DNA of 63,504 bases, filler included, from Reticulomyxa filosa (GCA_000512085.1; 12 parts of 12 records of this genome joined end to end with filler, not necessarily neighbours in it), one strand, 5' to 3'; positions 37,702 to 52,441 are shown, counted from the whole stretch's first letter. Notes: generated from the letters alone by a model not told the origin. Made by a program: numbers and translations.

Positions 37702-37965
37702 ATGTTGAAATCCTCATCCTTGAATTGGGTACTGCTACTTGCGTTTTTGCAAGTGCTGCAAGTATCATGTTTGAAAGTGTGGCCCTAGGTTTAAATTCAG
37801 GATATGAGATAATATCGGACGCAGCCAGTGCGTTCGGGCCAAGTATTTATAACGTGACAGGGAAGCTACGACTGATGGACCCAATTGACGCGTGTAACAT
37901 TTCAGGGACAATTCAAAAGATTTTGCAAAGTAGTGGAACAGCCAACTCTTCATCGTTTTGTAAAG
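37702..37965 (+). CDS. Secreted or membrane PA-domain protein, 5' fragment with an apparent 1-nt frameshift
   Basis: Signal peptide MLKSSSLNWVLLLAFLQV in one frame. ASAFGPSIYNVTGKLRLMDPIDAC (PA-domain AxFGP...PxxAC) follows in the adjacent frame after ~37785. Confidence 0.55.
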
Positions 37966-38025
37966 GAGTAAAGAGAGGGAGAGGAGGAGAAGGAAGAGTT
38001 TGAAATGAATCAAATGAACAAATGA

Positions 38026-38062
<37 letters not shown>

Positions 38063-38384
38063 NNNNNNNNNNNNNNNNNNNNNNNNNNNNNNNNNNNNNN
38101 NNNNNNTTAATTAATTAANNNNNNNNNNNNNNNNNNNNNNNNNNNNNNNNNNNNNNNNNNNNTTCTTCTTCTTCTTCTTCTTCTTCTTCTTCTTCAGAAA
38201 CAGCAACGGCAACAACAACAACAAAGACAGACTCAGGTCCCTCTACCCAAATAAAGCTTCAATGGATTGGCACTGTTGATCCAGAAAAAGAAGTTTTAAA
38301 TAAACCGATAAATAAGTAAATACAAATGCACCCTCCTTTCCTTTTCTTCCTTTCACAACTCTTAAATAATGTACGTGCTTTGTT

Positions 38385-39098
38385 GTGGGCTCTTGTCTGG
38401 TAAAGCGTGTGAAACCGAGAGAAGTAGCAATGATGGTAGTGCTAGTGCTATGCATGATTTACCGGTTCGATCTTGACTTGGACGATCCGAAAAATGCGTC
38501 TCCGGAAATCAACAACTGCTCCCATGTGTATACATTCCCTCCTTTGGCGTATTGGTTTTTGCCCATGGTGAAACACTATCTTGTCAAGGACAAAGACACC
38601 ATCAATGACTGTGCTGGTGGCTATACGCATCGCTTGTTCCAATGGAAGTTCACTTCCCAAAACAAAAACTTTCCAGGATCGACCTTAAAACGCATCAACG
38701 ACACCTTCATTCGATGGAAAAAACCACAATCTCAACCACGCACTAACATGCCTTCTTCTTCCTCTCTTTCTCACAAATACGCGAATAGCGACTGCGAACG
38801 TTGGGAACGTGCCATGTTTCAAACGAAATTGTTCCGTAATGGGGTCCATGACTTTGCAAATGTGCTCCCTTATCTCTTCTATCATGGCTATGTCAACGAG
38901 TGCGGACTCTTCAGTGCCATGTATCAAGATTTAGTGGATATCATCTCAACCAGGGTTGGTATGCAGTTTTCTCAATTTAACTCGCTGTCGGAAGATCTGT
39001 TGGAAGAATTAGCTTGCGCCTTGAAGCACAAAGGCGTTTGCGTTCAAACCCATGTTGCTCAAAAACATAAAGTTCCTTTTCCCAAACGTCTTTTTTAA
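38385..39098 (+). CDS. Hypothetical type II membrane or secreted protein
   Basis: 237-aa ORF with coding-like GC content and an N-terminal hydrophobic anchor; no family recognised. Confidence 0.5.
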   Translation: MGSCLVKRVKPREVAMMVVLVLCMIYRFDLDLDDPKNASPEINNCSHVYTFPPLAYWFLPMVKHYLVKDKDTINDCAGGYTHRLFQWKFTSQNKNFPGSTLKRINDTFIRWKKPQSQPRTNMPSSSSLSHKYANSDCERWERAMFQTKLFRNGVHDFANVLPYLFYHGYVNECGLFSAMYQDLVDIISTRVGMQFSQFNSLSEDLLEELACALKHKGVCVQTHVAQKHKVPFPKRLF

Positions 39099-41138
39099 CA
39101 AATTTTTTAAATTTTCCTTTGTTTTCTTGCGCACCTAAACTTCTTCTTGAACAGTCGTTACTCTTCAATTGATACAGTAATCTTTGTATTTTTTCTTAAA
39201 TTTAGTACTACAAAAAACGTGAAAGAAACAAATCCAAGCACTATATTTTGGTCAATGCAGAAGAAGCGTGGAGTTAAGTACTATGTGCAATACGAAAGAT
39301 TGCTCTTTCTATTAAATTTTAACAAAAAAAATAAATGTGGGAAAAATTTAAAAAGTAGTTTTAGAAATTCCCCAAGTTCTTAAAGCATTGCACACATCAA
39401 CGAAAAATTGTTCGATTTTTCGATTTTTTATTTATTTTTGGATGTCGTCGCCTACATGAATAGTATTGTCCGAGAACAATTAACAAAATAGATAAATAAA
39501 AGAAAATATTGGAGGGGGAAATTTTTCCCTTTTTTTAGCGTTAAGAACTGCCATTTTTTAGCTTGTTCTTGCCAATGTTGGCGTATTTCTTGCTAATATT
39601 GTTGGCGTTGTTGTTGCCATTCTGATTGACGCGCATTTTGCGCTTATTTAAATAAGGAGTTTAACCACTCCAAAACTTAAATTTAAAAACAACCCTATTT
39701 TTAGGGCAACATTTAAATTTAAAAATATTAATCCCATTTTTGGGATAATATTTTTATTTTCTAATCATATTTCTTCCGATAAGAAAAAATATTGATTTGG
39801 TTTGATATGATGAAGATGAAAAATTTTATATAGTGGGTGAGTAAGAGTCACCGACTTAAAGAGATTTGATAGAACAAGCCTTAAAATTCGCAATTCGGTA
39901 ACAAATCTTAGAATTTATTTTTTTAACTTATTAGCAAATACTAAATTTCATTATGTTGTTGGCAAAAAAAATGTTTATGTTCAGCAACAAAATATTTTTC
40001 TAAAACATTTCTTAAAGTTTACAAGCAAAAATAATTCAAATTTTAACAACTTTGATACAAAAATGAGAGGTTCGCAATTTTTTTAAAAAAACTCGATGAT
40101 ATTCGTTCTGGAGCTTATATTTTGTGAAAAACGTGATAATTTATAGTTACTCACCTCAAAACAATTTGAAGGTGGAAACATAATGAAAAAAAACAAGAAC
40201 GGTTCACCAAATAACACAGTTTAACATTTAACACCACACATCTTAGTGCTCACGATAGTCAACAAGAGAAAGAAGAATAAAACCGGCCCACGTAAGATAT
40301 TTTCTTTTGATGCTGTTATTTTTCTTCTACAATGTGAACCACTTGTTCCTCAGATTCACAATTACTGTTTAGTTTCTGTCCCTTGGATAAAAAAGCAAAA
40401 AACTGATTTTTTGTGTTTGTGATGCCAAAAGAAGACAAATTGGCTTTGAAGAGATTCCCTCAACAGTGAATGGGCCAATATGGAGGAATAACGAATAAAA
40501 TCGGGTAAATGAACGTCATTGCCACTGACTGTTTCCAAAAATTTTTTTGCTTGCTATTGCTATATAAGTACAACAAATATAGTCAAGTTATATGTGCGGT
40601 GTTCCATTGGAAAATATTTTTTTTGCTTGATTTGTCTCTTGCGTTTTCTTCGTTAGCTCAATAAAAATTTAAAACGTAAACAAGTTATGTTTTGTCACGA
40701 CAACAGAAGGAAAATTGTGCCGAGAAAAGACAAAAACATTAAGCATGATTTCATTAATTAACGAGAAGTACTGTTAATTTCGTTTTTTTTTATGAACCCC
40801 ATTGACATAAAAAAAGAACTATTTTTAGCACTAAAAAGAAAAAATATTTTCTCTTCAATTGTTTAATTTTTTATATCTTTGGTTGGGAAATTTAGCTTCC
40901 AAAACGAAGTTGAACTTTAAAAAAAAGTAGCTCAAAAGGGGCTGTTTAAAAAAAAAAAAGTGTCCAGTTTTCATTTTCTTTGCAAAACTAATTTGTGTTC
41001 TTGTTTTTTTTAATACAAAAGTTTACTATCACTTTATCAAAAGTTAAATTTGTTTGTGAATCTGAGTTTTGTTCAATGTGAACATTCCTAGAACTTGCGC
41101 AAAAAACAAACAAAACAATGCAAAATATAGAACACAAA

Positions 41139-41873
41139 ATGTCCAAAAGAAAAAAATCCGAACAAACGCAATGGTCAGATGTGAACTTGACTTCTCTGTC
41201 AATGAAAGATTTGAGAATATTGTCACAAACCCGAAAACTGTCAAACTTGCCATCAAAGCGAGCAGAGTTGGAAGATTTGTTGACAACAAAGGACGTTGAC
41301 ATAGATTACAATGACTCGATGACAGTCAGACAATTGCAAGCAGAATTGAAGTTGCGAGGATTGGACGAGACCACGGCAACCAAGAAAGTGTATCTCCAAC
41401 GTCTTCGCGGCGAGATTGCACCACCTGAAAAGAAAAGAGTGAAAAAAGTTCCAAAGAGAAAGAGAAGACATAAGGCATGGGGTGCCAAAATCTTTGTTGC
41501 AATGTATCAACCTCCTCTTGATACCGCAAAGGATGAGGATGGTATGTTTTTTTTGCACGTTTTTGTAACCTTTTTTTTTTTGATGTGTTTCAAACGTTTG
41601 AATGTTTTGGGGTGAAAAATGAATTAACGATGAACAGAGGCAAAAGTGTTGGGAGTGTTTGCTTCCGAACCACACGCTTACAATGCGTTGATTGAGAAAT
41701 TGTTGGAAGATTTGAAAAAGAAAGACGAAAAAGTATTCCATGAAATGGAAAAAGAACGCAACGAAAAACCTCCTTCGAGCGAACTTTTGCAAAACATTTC
41801 TGAAAAATGTTTGGCTGTTTTTGGTCAAGAAAGCGAACCCAATGGTTGGGTTGTTACTTCAAAAGTGGCCTAA
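41139..41873 (+). CDS. SAP-domain (tandem SAP-like) nuclear protein, 2 exons
   Basis: SLSMKDLRILSQTRKL..KRAELEDLL and SMTVRQLQAELKLRGL..KKVYLQRL are SAP-like. Basic NLS-like stretches; intron ~41542-41637. Confidence 0.7.
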
Positions 41874-42789
41874 ATTGAGCGGGATGTGTGTAGATGGGGC
41901 TACAAAAACACAAAACGTTGTAAAAAATGAGATTGGGCGGGGTTTGTGGGAGTAAAAAAAATTGGTCATTTTTTTTTAAAATCCGCGGGTTGATGGAATG
42001 TTGTCTCATTTTTCAACGAAATAAACTTCAAACTTTTTGTCGTTTGAACAAAATTATTTTTCGGACTTCAAAAAATACATTTTGATTGAGTTGAAAAAAA
42101 TCTGTCAAGGTTCTGTATCCTTTTTTTTTTCGGCCCCAAAGTTGAGAATCAGTTTGTGGAGAAACATTTTTGAATTTTAATTGGGATTATGTTTGGTTTG
42201 AAAGAAACTTGCCAAGAAGCTGCAGGACGTATGGCAAGGTGCAACAAAAAGTTGTTATTTTAAGTCGAATAAGTTTCTAAATTGTCCAATGTGACCATAA
42301 GGGGAGCATCACCAAATCCAGAACATAGTCAGCAGAAAATAGTTATTGTTTCATTAAAAGGTTCTTTTATACCCACTGAGCTTTAGTGCTTGCTAGAAAA
42401 AACTTTTCTGTGCAAGACTCGAAATGACTTTAAAATTTGGTCTAAGATTAATGACAACTGCTGACTGATAGGTTGTGAAATGTTTGGAAAAAGAAGAAAT
42501 ATCTAATTGCAACAATGTGTTTTATCGCTTGGATTTGATCTTTTTAAACAAACTAGATCTTGTGTAGTGACACATTTTTAAATATTATTCTATTATATTT
42601 AGGATTTTACTATTTTTGTGTCATTTCTGCGGCATTTTTCAATACATAAAATTTGAAAATTTTAATCAACAATTTTTTTAAATAATACTTTAGTTTAATT
42701 TTAATTGTTATTAGTAATAGATTTCTTCTTGTTTTTTGTGGTGACAAGTGTTTTAGAAAGGGTATTATTATTATCAGCGAGTAATAGCA

Positions 42790-43240
42790 ATGAGTGGAGG
42801 AGATGCTTACATATCGAAAAAAAAGGATGGACTTCCCTCAAAAGACGACGAGGAATGGATTCAGAATACTTTAGATAGTTTTACAAATCGGCAAACTGCG
42901 TTATTTAAGCGTTGGGTGAGCTGCAAGCTGCCTGGAGTGAAGGAAACGAAGAACCGGTTGATAGTATTGACACCATTGCGATTTTTATGTATTCGTAAAC
43001 GAGCATTTGGGCGAAGTATCCACAAAATCATTCGAGTGATTGATTTTATAGGGATTGAGGTGGACGGCAGCAATGACAAAGACACGGCGGTGACTATTGA
43101 GACCTGTCCATTTGCAGTGGACAACAGCATAATACAATCCCGTCAAAGCAAAAGTGTTCAGGTGTTGCAGTATCAATTCCGCTTTCTCAAGGACATTGAC
43201 AAAGAATTTTTGGATATTTTGCAATGGTTAAAAGGCGTAA
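42790..43240 (+). CDS. N-terminal PH-like domain protein (possibly CARMIL/LRRC16-like), truncated by the gap
   Basis: ATG-initiated ORF with KETKNRLIVLTPLRFLCI, a PH-like RxxVLT strand pattern. The family call is tentative. Confidence 0.4.
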
Positions 43241-43489
43241 ATATAAATACAAATACAAATAACGTACCCACTTAACAGAAAATATGCATATGGGAAAGGG
43301 AGGAGGGAAAAAATTGGGTATACGTACATATAAATATATACACCCGTTTTTTTTTTTTTTTTGTTAACAATAAAAGTTTTTAGAACGAANNNNNNNNNNN
43401 NNNNNNNNNNNNNNNNNNNNNNNNNNNNNNNNNTTAATTAATTAANNNNNNNNNNNNNNNNNNNNNNNNNNNNNNNNNNNNNNNNNNNN

Positions 43490-46400
43490 GCGCCTGACTT
43501 TCCAGTCCGAAGATTGTTTTCGTTGGTCGGAGTGCGTGGCGTAATCGTTCCCGTCCTCGTCGTCGTCTCGTTCAACTCTTCGTCGATATCCGCCATTTTG
43601 TTTTTTATCTTTCTGGTATCGGAGTCATTCACACTTCGTGACTCCCTCGGCATGTTGTTCTTTTGTCCGAGCAAAGGAGCTTGCAAAGACTCTTGGCCCG
43701 GTTTCGCTTTGGAAGCTCGTGGCTTTTGTGGTGGTGACAGATTTTTTTTGACGGCAAGGTTTGCGTTCAATTTCCTCTTTGTTCTGGATCCCTGTCGGAT
43801 TAGCGAAAAACCCTCTTCTGCTCCTTCCTCCTCTTCCTCTTCGTCCACCTCGTTCTTTTCCAAGTTTTCCTTGTCCAACATTTCCTCGATCTGCTTCAGT
43901 TCGCTGCTCTCCAATGTTTCATCCGTCGCGGTCGTCGGCACTGTCGACGACTTGATGTCTTCTTGACTGGATCCATCCGTTGCTTTTTCATTGGCGGTGA
44001 GCGAATGCGTGCTCTTGTTCGAATTGGAGGACGAGTCTTTCAGCTGCTTTGGCTCTTGCTTTTTTGACTAGGCAATGTCAAGGCTTTGGGTGCTTGAGTG
44101 GACTCAACGGATCGCGTTTTGCGACGATAATAGCTGTCGTGAATCGAGTAGTACTCGTTCATAAAGTGTTGCATAGCCTCCAATTTGCTCAACAGCTCCA
44201 TGAATTGTCGTCGATTGGGCTTATAAATGCGGAAGAAGTCGGTGTGACGTTTCAATATTTTACGCATTCGGTGCGGACCTTCTACGAAGTTGACGTGCCA
44301 CGACTCGTCCCAAGGCAATGCTGCCAATTGAATCCACAGCGCACTTTGCATTCGCAACTTCAAAATGATTAACTCGAACCACTTGTTGCGACTGAACAAA
44401 TCTCGATAATAGAATTGGTGATGTCTGGCCAATTGTCTGGCTTGTTCCACAGACAGCAACTCTTTGATAGTGGCATTGTCGAACATGATATTCATTGGGA
44501 TGCTCTTCAATTTGCCTTCATATGCAAACAAGCTCTGTTGTTGTAATTTGGAGGTGGCTTTATCTTTGTCAAAGCGCTCTCGCAATATGCCTTTTTCATT
44601 GGCATAGCGATCGTTCCACGGCTTCCCAAGCAGATTCTGCAAAGCGGACTGCGCTTTCGCCAGCCCACCTTTGCGCAGCCATTGCAAAAATAGTGTGCGT
44701 TTGGTCACAATTAAACGTATTTTCTCGTTCAATTCCATCTCTTTGCTCAAATAGCGATTCAAAAAGTGCGACTGATACATAAGCACGCATTCCCATACGT
44801 TCAAGCAATGCTGCACTAGACGCTCCTTCGTTTGCGATACATTGGTCTTATCTCCATATCGGGCAACATCAGGTAATAGCTTTGTCAGCACATGCATTAA
44901 TCCCAAAAAGAAAAAATCAGGCTCACTTGCATCCGTGAAGAACAATGCTTGTTGATATTCCATTACCAAAGGCAACAACTTTTCCAAGTGCAAATTCTTA
45001 TTGGCCAATTCCAAGGACTTGTGCATAAAAAAAATCAATACCGTTTGCGCCGATTTTCTCGCCACATTATACAAGGTCTCCAAGTCTTGCTGCGATGGGC
45101 CATTGCTTTGCTCCTCATTGGGCGATTCTCCGGCAATCATTCGATCGTCCAATGCCAACTTACAAATTTGCAAAATGTGCAAAAAGCGCTGTGCCATTTT
45201 TTCTGGAAAAGGAATCTTTTCCAAATATGAATTGTTATCATTGGAACGATAGGTCCCAATTTCCGAGGTTTGATTCACTTGTATTGTGCCGTGGTCTCCG
45301 CCAATTTCGGAGTCACCTATCAAAGCGACATTGTTGCCATGCGACGTCGACATAGCATTGTTCATTGTCGTGGCCATCAGTTTATCACGAAGTTGTTGCA
45401 CTTCGGCTGCGTTGCCACTGAACGAATGTCTCCTTTCTTTTTGCGGATGTTGCTTGTCCAATAGGATTGACGTCGAAGGCAATGGCGTAGGGGACGGAGA
45501 CTGGTCTCCAGTTTCATTAGCTATCGGTGTTAACGCCGACTTTTTGGCATTTGTGTGCCGGCGATGAGGCTTGTTTTTCTTTTTTTCTAATGTCGCTTTG
45601 CGTGGTAATAAATAGAATGAAAAGTTGTTTTGTAATGTCAGTGAGCATATCTCTATCAAATGACGAATGTTGCTAGCAAACATCAAGTTGTTCAACAGCA
45701 ACTCTATTTTTATTTTGTTATTGTTCTTTATGTATGCATTTTCTCTATTTTTTCTCTCTCTCTCGTTTCTCTCCTGCACACATAATACCTTTTTCGGTAA
45801 GGGTTTGCAATTTCCTTAAACAGCCGCACACCATTTTGACGCAATAAAATTGAATTAATTTCTTTTGGTCATCTGGTTGTTGATCTTTCTTAATGCGTCT
45901 TGTTGGAAATGACTAATAGAATCATCATTACAAATGCATATATACATATATGTACATATACATATATAAACATATATAAGACACAGTCAAGTTTAACTCG
46001 TAAGATACGATCCAACAATGGATAGACTTTATGCTTTCGAATTCTCTCTTCCAACATTTTTGTCAACAAAATGGCAATGACGTGATCTAACTCCGAGATC
46101 CCCATTGGGGGTAGATACAAAGACAGACGGCCACTGTTGTATTGTGTTCGTGGCGTCCACTGGTTCATCATCTTGGCATACGCGATATCAAATAACGTCG
46201 AAACCAAAAATTCGACATGCGCGTTTTCTTCTCCTAAAAACTCATCTCGCAATCGTTTGTTGTTTTGTAGCCCTTCCCACAAAAATTTGATCGCAGTGGT
46301 GGCATAGCCAAGGTCAATGTTGTGTCCGGAATTGGCCAAATGCACATAATCACGAACGACAGACAGCATTAATGCCAAACTACGATCCACGTATTGGGTT

Positions 46401-49400
46401 TGGAATAAGTTGGTTTTGGACACCTCGAATAGCTCATTCAAGGATTGAACGGTAAAAGGGAGTTGTGGAAGTGTGTTTACGGCACTGCATTTGACAGGCT
46501 CTGTTCCAAACAGCAAGCTGGAAAGAAATACCCACACGCGCGGATGAGGCTCCAATCTTGGCAAGAGCAGCGCCAGGATTTGAAACCCGCTCATTTCGCT
46601 GAATGATGTGATATAGCTATCGACCGTTGTCATTATCTTATTTAAAACGCACAGCGAGGCACGATTTACCTGAGCTCCCAATGCAGGCGATAGGAACTTG
46701 GCAAACCAAAAGATGTTTAGTTTTTCACACAGCCGTGTGAAATTGGAGGCGAATTCAGCATCAATTAGTACATTTCCAAATAAAAAGGCCAGCGCAGTGG
46801 CACCACTATCCCCAATCTTGCTCTTTGTTGGTGAGGTTTGGGGTTCGCGGTCATTGTCATTTTCATCGCTGTCGTCATCTTGTTCGGCGCGGTTATTTTT
46901 GTCTGCGGATCGTAGGGACTGTCCATTGTTGTTATTGTTATTATTATTGCTATTGTTATTATTACTATTATTATTGTTGTTGGATGCATTGTTGGCTTGG
47001 GTATCTTTTACAGGAGCCAGACCAAAGGCATTATTTCTCGTCGTCTCATGGAATCCACGCGTATGTATGATATTGTTGTGGATATACACATAAAATATTT
47101 TCATAAACTCCACCATAATATCTCCATATTTCATTGCATTTTCTGTTTCATTCCACATCAATGTTCTTTTTTGCAGTTCTCGCTTTTCTTTTTCTTTTTG
47201 CAAATCTGTGCCAATGCCTTGTTCGCTGGTAAAGTCTCCTCTGCTTCCTCCTACTCCTCCACTTCCTCCTCGGCCAAGGTTACCACCACTTCGTGCCTCC
47301 ATCGCCAAAAGATATCATCACTTGTCTTTGCTTCGTTCAATCGACCTGCCTTCACATCTTGTTTTACCTGCGCAAGATATTGCGTATAGTCATGCTCCAC
47401 ATCAACTGCGCTATCAGCGAGGAATGCCGCAATCAAATTCAATTCTTCCTCTCGAAAGTTTTCCATTACCAAGCGCTCCGCCAATTGGAACATTGCCATT
47501 TTGGTCTTTGTATTTACTTGTCGATGGGAGAGGATATACAAGATATCGTCCATAGCCTCCAAATCTCGCAAGCGCATAGCATTCCATTTCCTCGTGCTCA
47601 ACGTGGACAATATCTTTGCATGTGGCGTCGCCGATAGTCCGCTGATGCGACTCAGTTGGAATGCTTTTTGCATCCCTTCCATATTCAATATCGGCGGTCC
47701 ATTCACACACAATTCCTTCAGCCACCCATACAACGTATACTGAATGGCAGGTGCGACCTGGTTCCAAATCTGATAGTCCAGTATCACGTATTTCATTATC
47801 AAGGTGTTGGCAAGTATCACTTCCTCTTTCATGTATCGCTCATTGCTGCTCCACGTCCCTGCCGTCCGCGATGTGAAGTTACCACTCTCTTGTCCATTGG
47901 TATTGCTGTTGAGTTGCAAATATCGTCGTTCGATAACCACAGGCAATTCCAGCAATGATAATCCTTTTTGATGTAATTCCTTGTAATCCAAACACATGGA
48001 CACATCGTCACTTCCAATCATACCTGTCGACGCACTGTCATTCCCTCCAAGCTGACTACCCGTCAGGGAATCACTCATCCCGCTTTCTGGTGAATTGCCA
48101 TGCTTCATTGCGGTCTGAGTCAACACGACCGAGTCCATGGACGCCCCGTCCAGAGTTCGACTATGGATATTGCGCAGTCGATTGGCATTGTTGTTGTTGT
48201 TGTTGTTATTGCTGACCGAAAGTTCGGCCGTGCCCAGCACCTCGGCTACATTGGCGACTGATGTCTGGATCACCGCGTCAATGCGTTTTTTGTACGACGG
48301 GGCGGGAGAGCCAAGATGATAGTAGATGGAAATTTCGGGATCGGATATGCGTACACTGCGAGTGTAGTTGCGACTTCGTGCGAAATACTCTTGCATCACT
48401 TTCGGAATAGTGTTGGTCACCATCGATATCAAAATTGGCACCAGATCCATTGTTATCAAATCATTTTTTTCTTTCAACATGTTTCCAAGCATCTCGTATC
48501 CTCCAATCCTTGCCATGTCCATCAAGTTCCTTGGGTTGTTTGCCAAAAACGTTGCCAGTATTGCACAGTGATCGGTCAATGCTTTCGGTGAATGAACACG
48601 GGACAAAAATCCAAAGAGGTTCTATCCATTTATTATTTCATAATGACATATATTTTAAACATAAGACAAATGGAGTAATGTGACACCAAACTTCAATGCC
48701 TCCGACATAACGAATGGCATCTTCCAATGCCATTGGTCGCACAGATGCAACGCCTCCAATGAGGAAGGCATACGGTCCTTGATGAGTGATAGGTGCGTTC
48801 AAATCGTGGGCCGTGTTTTTGACGATCCCGCTCGAAGAGCGCAGGCCTGCAATGTTAACAATGTCTTGCAAAGGCGAAACTTCGATATTGCTAGCGTCTT
48901 TCAAATATGGTGACAACTCTTCCATGGCTGTGTCGGCACTATTGGATTGCAGTGTACGTTGTGCATCGGCAAAGGAATAGCACGAGTGTGGATGGAATGA
49001 AACTGCAATGGGAGGCAAGGTGTCAATGCGATTTGGATAATGGCTGACCTTTTCTTCTCGTTCTTGGACATAACTCACTGCCCTGGAGGAGTGAAACGTG
49101 CCGCTGTAATCCACGCCACCGTCCACAATCACGCCGACTTGTTTCAGTGACAAAACACCATTGAACAAAAAGATCGGTCCAATCCACCATATCACCGGTT
49201 GCGGTGCGACAACAATTTGATCTTGTTTGGACAAGTGTCCCGAATCCACGCCTAAAGAACAATAGTCATAAGTGAATCCTTCTTTTTATTTATTTATTCA
49301 TTTATTTGTTTAGATATGTTTGATTTGTTTTCTCCCATACCAATTGTTAATTTGCAATCGGAAGGTTGAAGTATCGATCCATAAATTTTATTATGCGACA

Positions 49401-52400
49401 TCGGATCCTCATCTTCCAACGATCTCGGTGTAGGCACATCCTCGTCCACGTCACGATCGCCGAGATGCTGCTTGTCTCGCTTGAACTTGGTCGTTCGTCT
49501 TCGTTCGTCTTTGTTCGCTGCCTTATTATCCTTGTCTTTGATCTTGAGGAAAATGGTCTCGTGGAAATGCTTGCATTTGACGCCATTGATGTACAGCAAC
49601 ACGTCAAAAGTTTGCTTGTTTTTGTTTTTCAAATTCACCATAGTCGGCGGGGACAATTGAAAGCTGATCACAACGTGGTACCATCGATTCAATCCAAATC
49701 GCACGTCCGTGCATACCAAAAAGTTGGGGGACTCTTGATTGGCCAATTTGATTGTCATGTTGCCATTTCCAGAATGGTATCTGACTTCCATTATATTCGT
49801 TGCGGAAGCATTGTCATTGGAAATGGTGCAAAGCAGTATTTCCGGACTGACGCTGCTGACACTGCGTAAATTGAGCCAAAATGCCAAGGAAAACCCTTTT
49901 TCGGGGACAACGTTAAAGCAAGATTGTCCCGCCATTTTGATGCACGCCGTGCGATGACTAAAGCATTCGAATTCGAAAAAAGGGAATTTGTGTTCGCCGC
50001 TCAAAAACTGCATTAAGCTGTGGTATCGACCGTTGTGTTCGCGAGCCCAATTGAAGACTGTGTTTAGTTCGGCTGGCGACAAGTGATGGGTTCCCAGTTC
50101 TGTGGTCATTGATTTATTTACAAAACAAACAAACAAATGAATGCATGAATAAATCAAACAAGCGAATTGAATAAACAATTACAAAGACAAGTTGAAAAAA
50201 TGAGAACCTATGATAAATTGATTCACAACTCTTCGCAACGGAGATGTAATTGGTGATTCCAACACCGATGAATAGAGATCGTAAATGTGTTGAATTGTAT
50301 CTTGCTACAAAATAAAAAAACCACATGTTTAAATGACGATTACAAAAAAAAAAAAAAAAAAAAAGAAAGAAAAAAAAACATAGTAATAATAATAATAATA
50401 ATAAAAAGAATTACATCGGCTAATAGCTGCTTGTTTCTAAGAAGTAATCGTTTTTCTCCATTTCCATCAACAACGGACAAGTTGATCAACAATAGCAATT
50501 TTTCAAAGATAACTAGCTGCAGTTGTTCCGGACAGAAACTCAAAATTTTCAAAATTACTAAAATGGCCTCTGGATTTTTCAGAAATTGGGATTTACCATA
50601 TTCAAATTCGTTGTCGTTTTCGTCTTCTTTTTGTTTTGGATCTCGCTTTTCTTCCTCACGTTTGGACTCGCGTTCAGGTTCCGCCGTCTTTTCCGCAGAA
50701 ATGGTTGTTGTGTCTCCATTGTTCTTCAACTCCTCCATCGCCAAATCGAAGAAGATGCGAAACACCCGCTTGTAGTGCGACGACTTTAGGACACCGGTGA
50801 CAATGATAGCATCTGCGATGCTGTTCCAAGACGTGTACCAAAAATAAGCGCGGTTTCTTGGATGGTTTTTGATGACGGAAATGATGACAATGAAAGACTT
50901 TTCAATCAAGTCCATCGCCAATTGTGAGGTGCGCTCGTCACAATTGGGCCACAGCGAATCTAACGACGCTGATAAACTTAGGACGGTAGCGAATCCCCCT
51001 AATTCGTGCCACGAGTTTTTGATTTTGCTCGCTGCCGTCGAATCGTGCATCATTTGTCGCAACGCCTCCAGCATGTTTATGCGATATTCATATGAGTCGC
51101 GTTCAGCGTTCAGTGAGGATAAAATGTCGCTCACCGAGTCATCGTCGAGTTGATTCCGAATCACTTTGATAGCCGCCTCAACGTGTGTGCGAGACTTGAG
51201 TAGTCCATACACTGCACGATTACAGCGTTTTTGTTCGAAACAGCTATGTAAATCAAACATATACATATATGTATATATATATATATATATAATGTTTAAG
51301 AGATACAATGGTCCAAACTTTGCAGTTTTCATCATCTCCTCGAAGGAGATTTTGTAAAGTATCCATTGCCAATAGACATAAATCATGGTGATCAAATAGC
51401 ACGACAGCTGAGTCCTTTGGACACACAAACGTGTATTGTTGCAAAGGGGATCTTCCGAACAAAAACATTCAATAAAAAAAAAAAATATATATATATATAT
51501 AACTTGTTTCAATTGGTTCAAACGTTCACGAATGATACTTCTTTCCGCTTCATCTTTTAAATCCATTTCATTTTGCAACCAGTCGTCATTGGCGGCCAAC
51601 AAGATTTGTCCGTTCATATTGAGATTCTTAATGATAGTATGAAAGCGATTGGCAAAGCGACCGTTGTCGATTTGGTCAAACCATTGCATGACATCTTTGA
51701 TTTGCCACAGTCTCACTTCCTTTGCCAAAGAATCGGATAAGTTGTGTTGCGACCTGGTTTTGGGAGATGTGGTAATGGGAGTAATATTATTCGCAGTAAA
51801 TATTGAAGATGCATCATCTTTGGTTTCTTGCCGCGCACTTTCTTCAGTGATATGTCGAGACAACAGCTCCACGTGATCCATTAAAACATCCACCACGCCG
51901 GTAATCGAAACGCTTGTTTATACAAAGGTTTTTCGATGATAATTTTTTTGATGGTTTGCAAGACCAATGTCACCATATCTCTGTCACTGGCTTCTCGCAG
52001 CAACTGCTTCAGCGCACTCAGCTCTCCCAAAGGGGGCACATTGGCGTCTACTGTTTGAATGACAAACTCCAAGATCGAAATAACTTTTTTGCGCTCCTCC
52101 TGACCGACGGTGGGCATTCGTAGCAACATAGGCTCGATGGCATGCAAGTCCAAAATCACCTGCACGTTGCTCGCTTGATGCATTATCATTAGAATACGTG
52201 TTAATATCTCCATGCGAGTCCATTGGCTCCACGTGCTGCTGTACACGCGCTCCAGTATGCCAAACGCTGCCTTGCTTCGAACACGAAGATTATTGCCCTG
52301 GCCCATGGACGTGTTGATCGAAGTACTGCTTATCTCCGACGTCAGTACGGTACCCTCTTCGGGCAAGTTGTTGCCATTATTATTTATGTCACCCAAATCC

Positions 52401-52408
52401 AAGTTATC

Positions 52409-52441
<33 letters not shown>

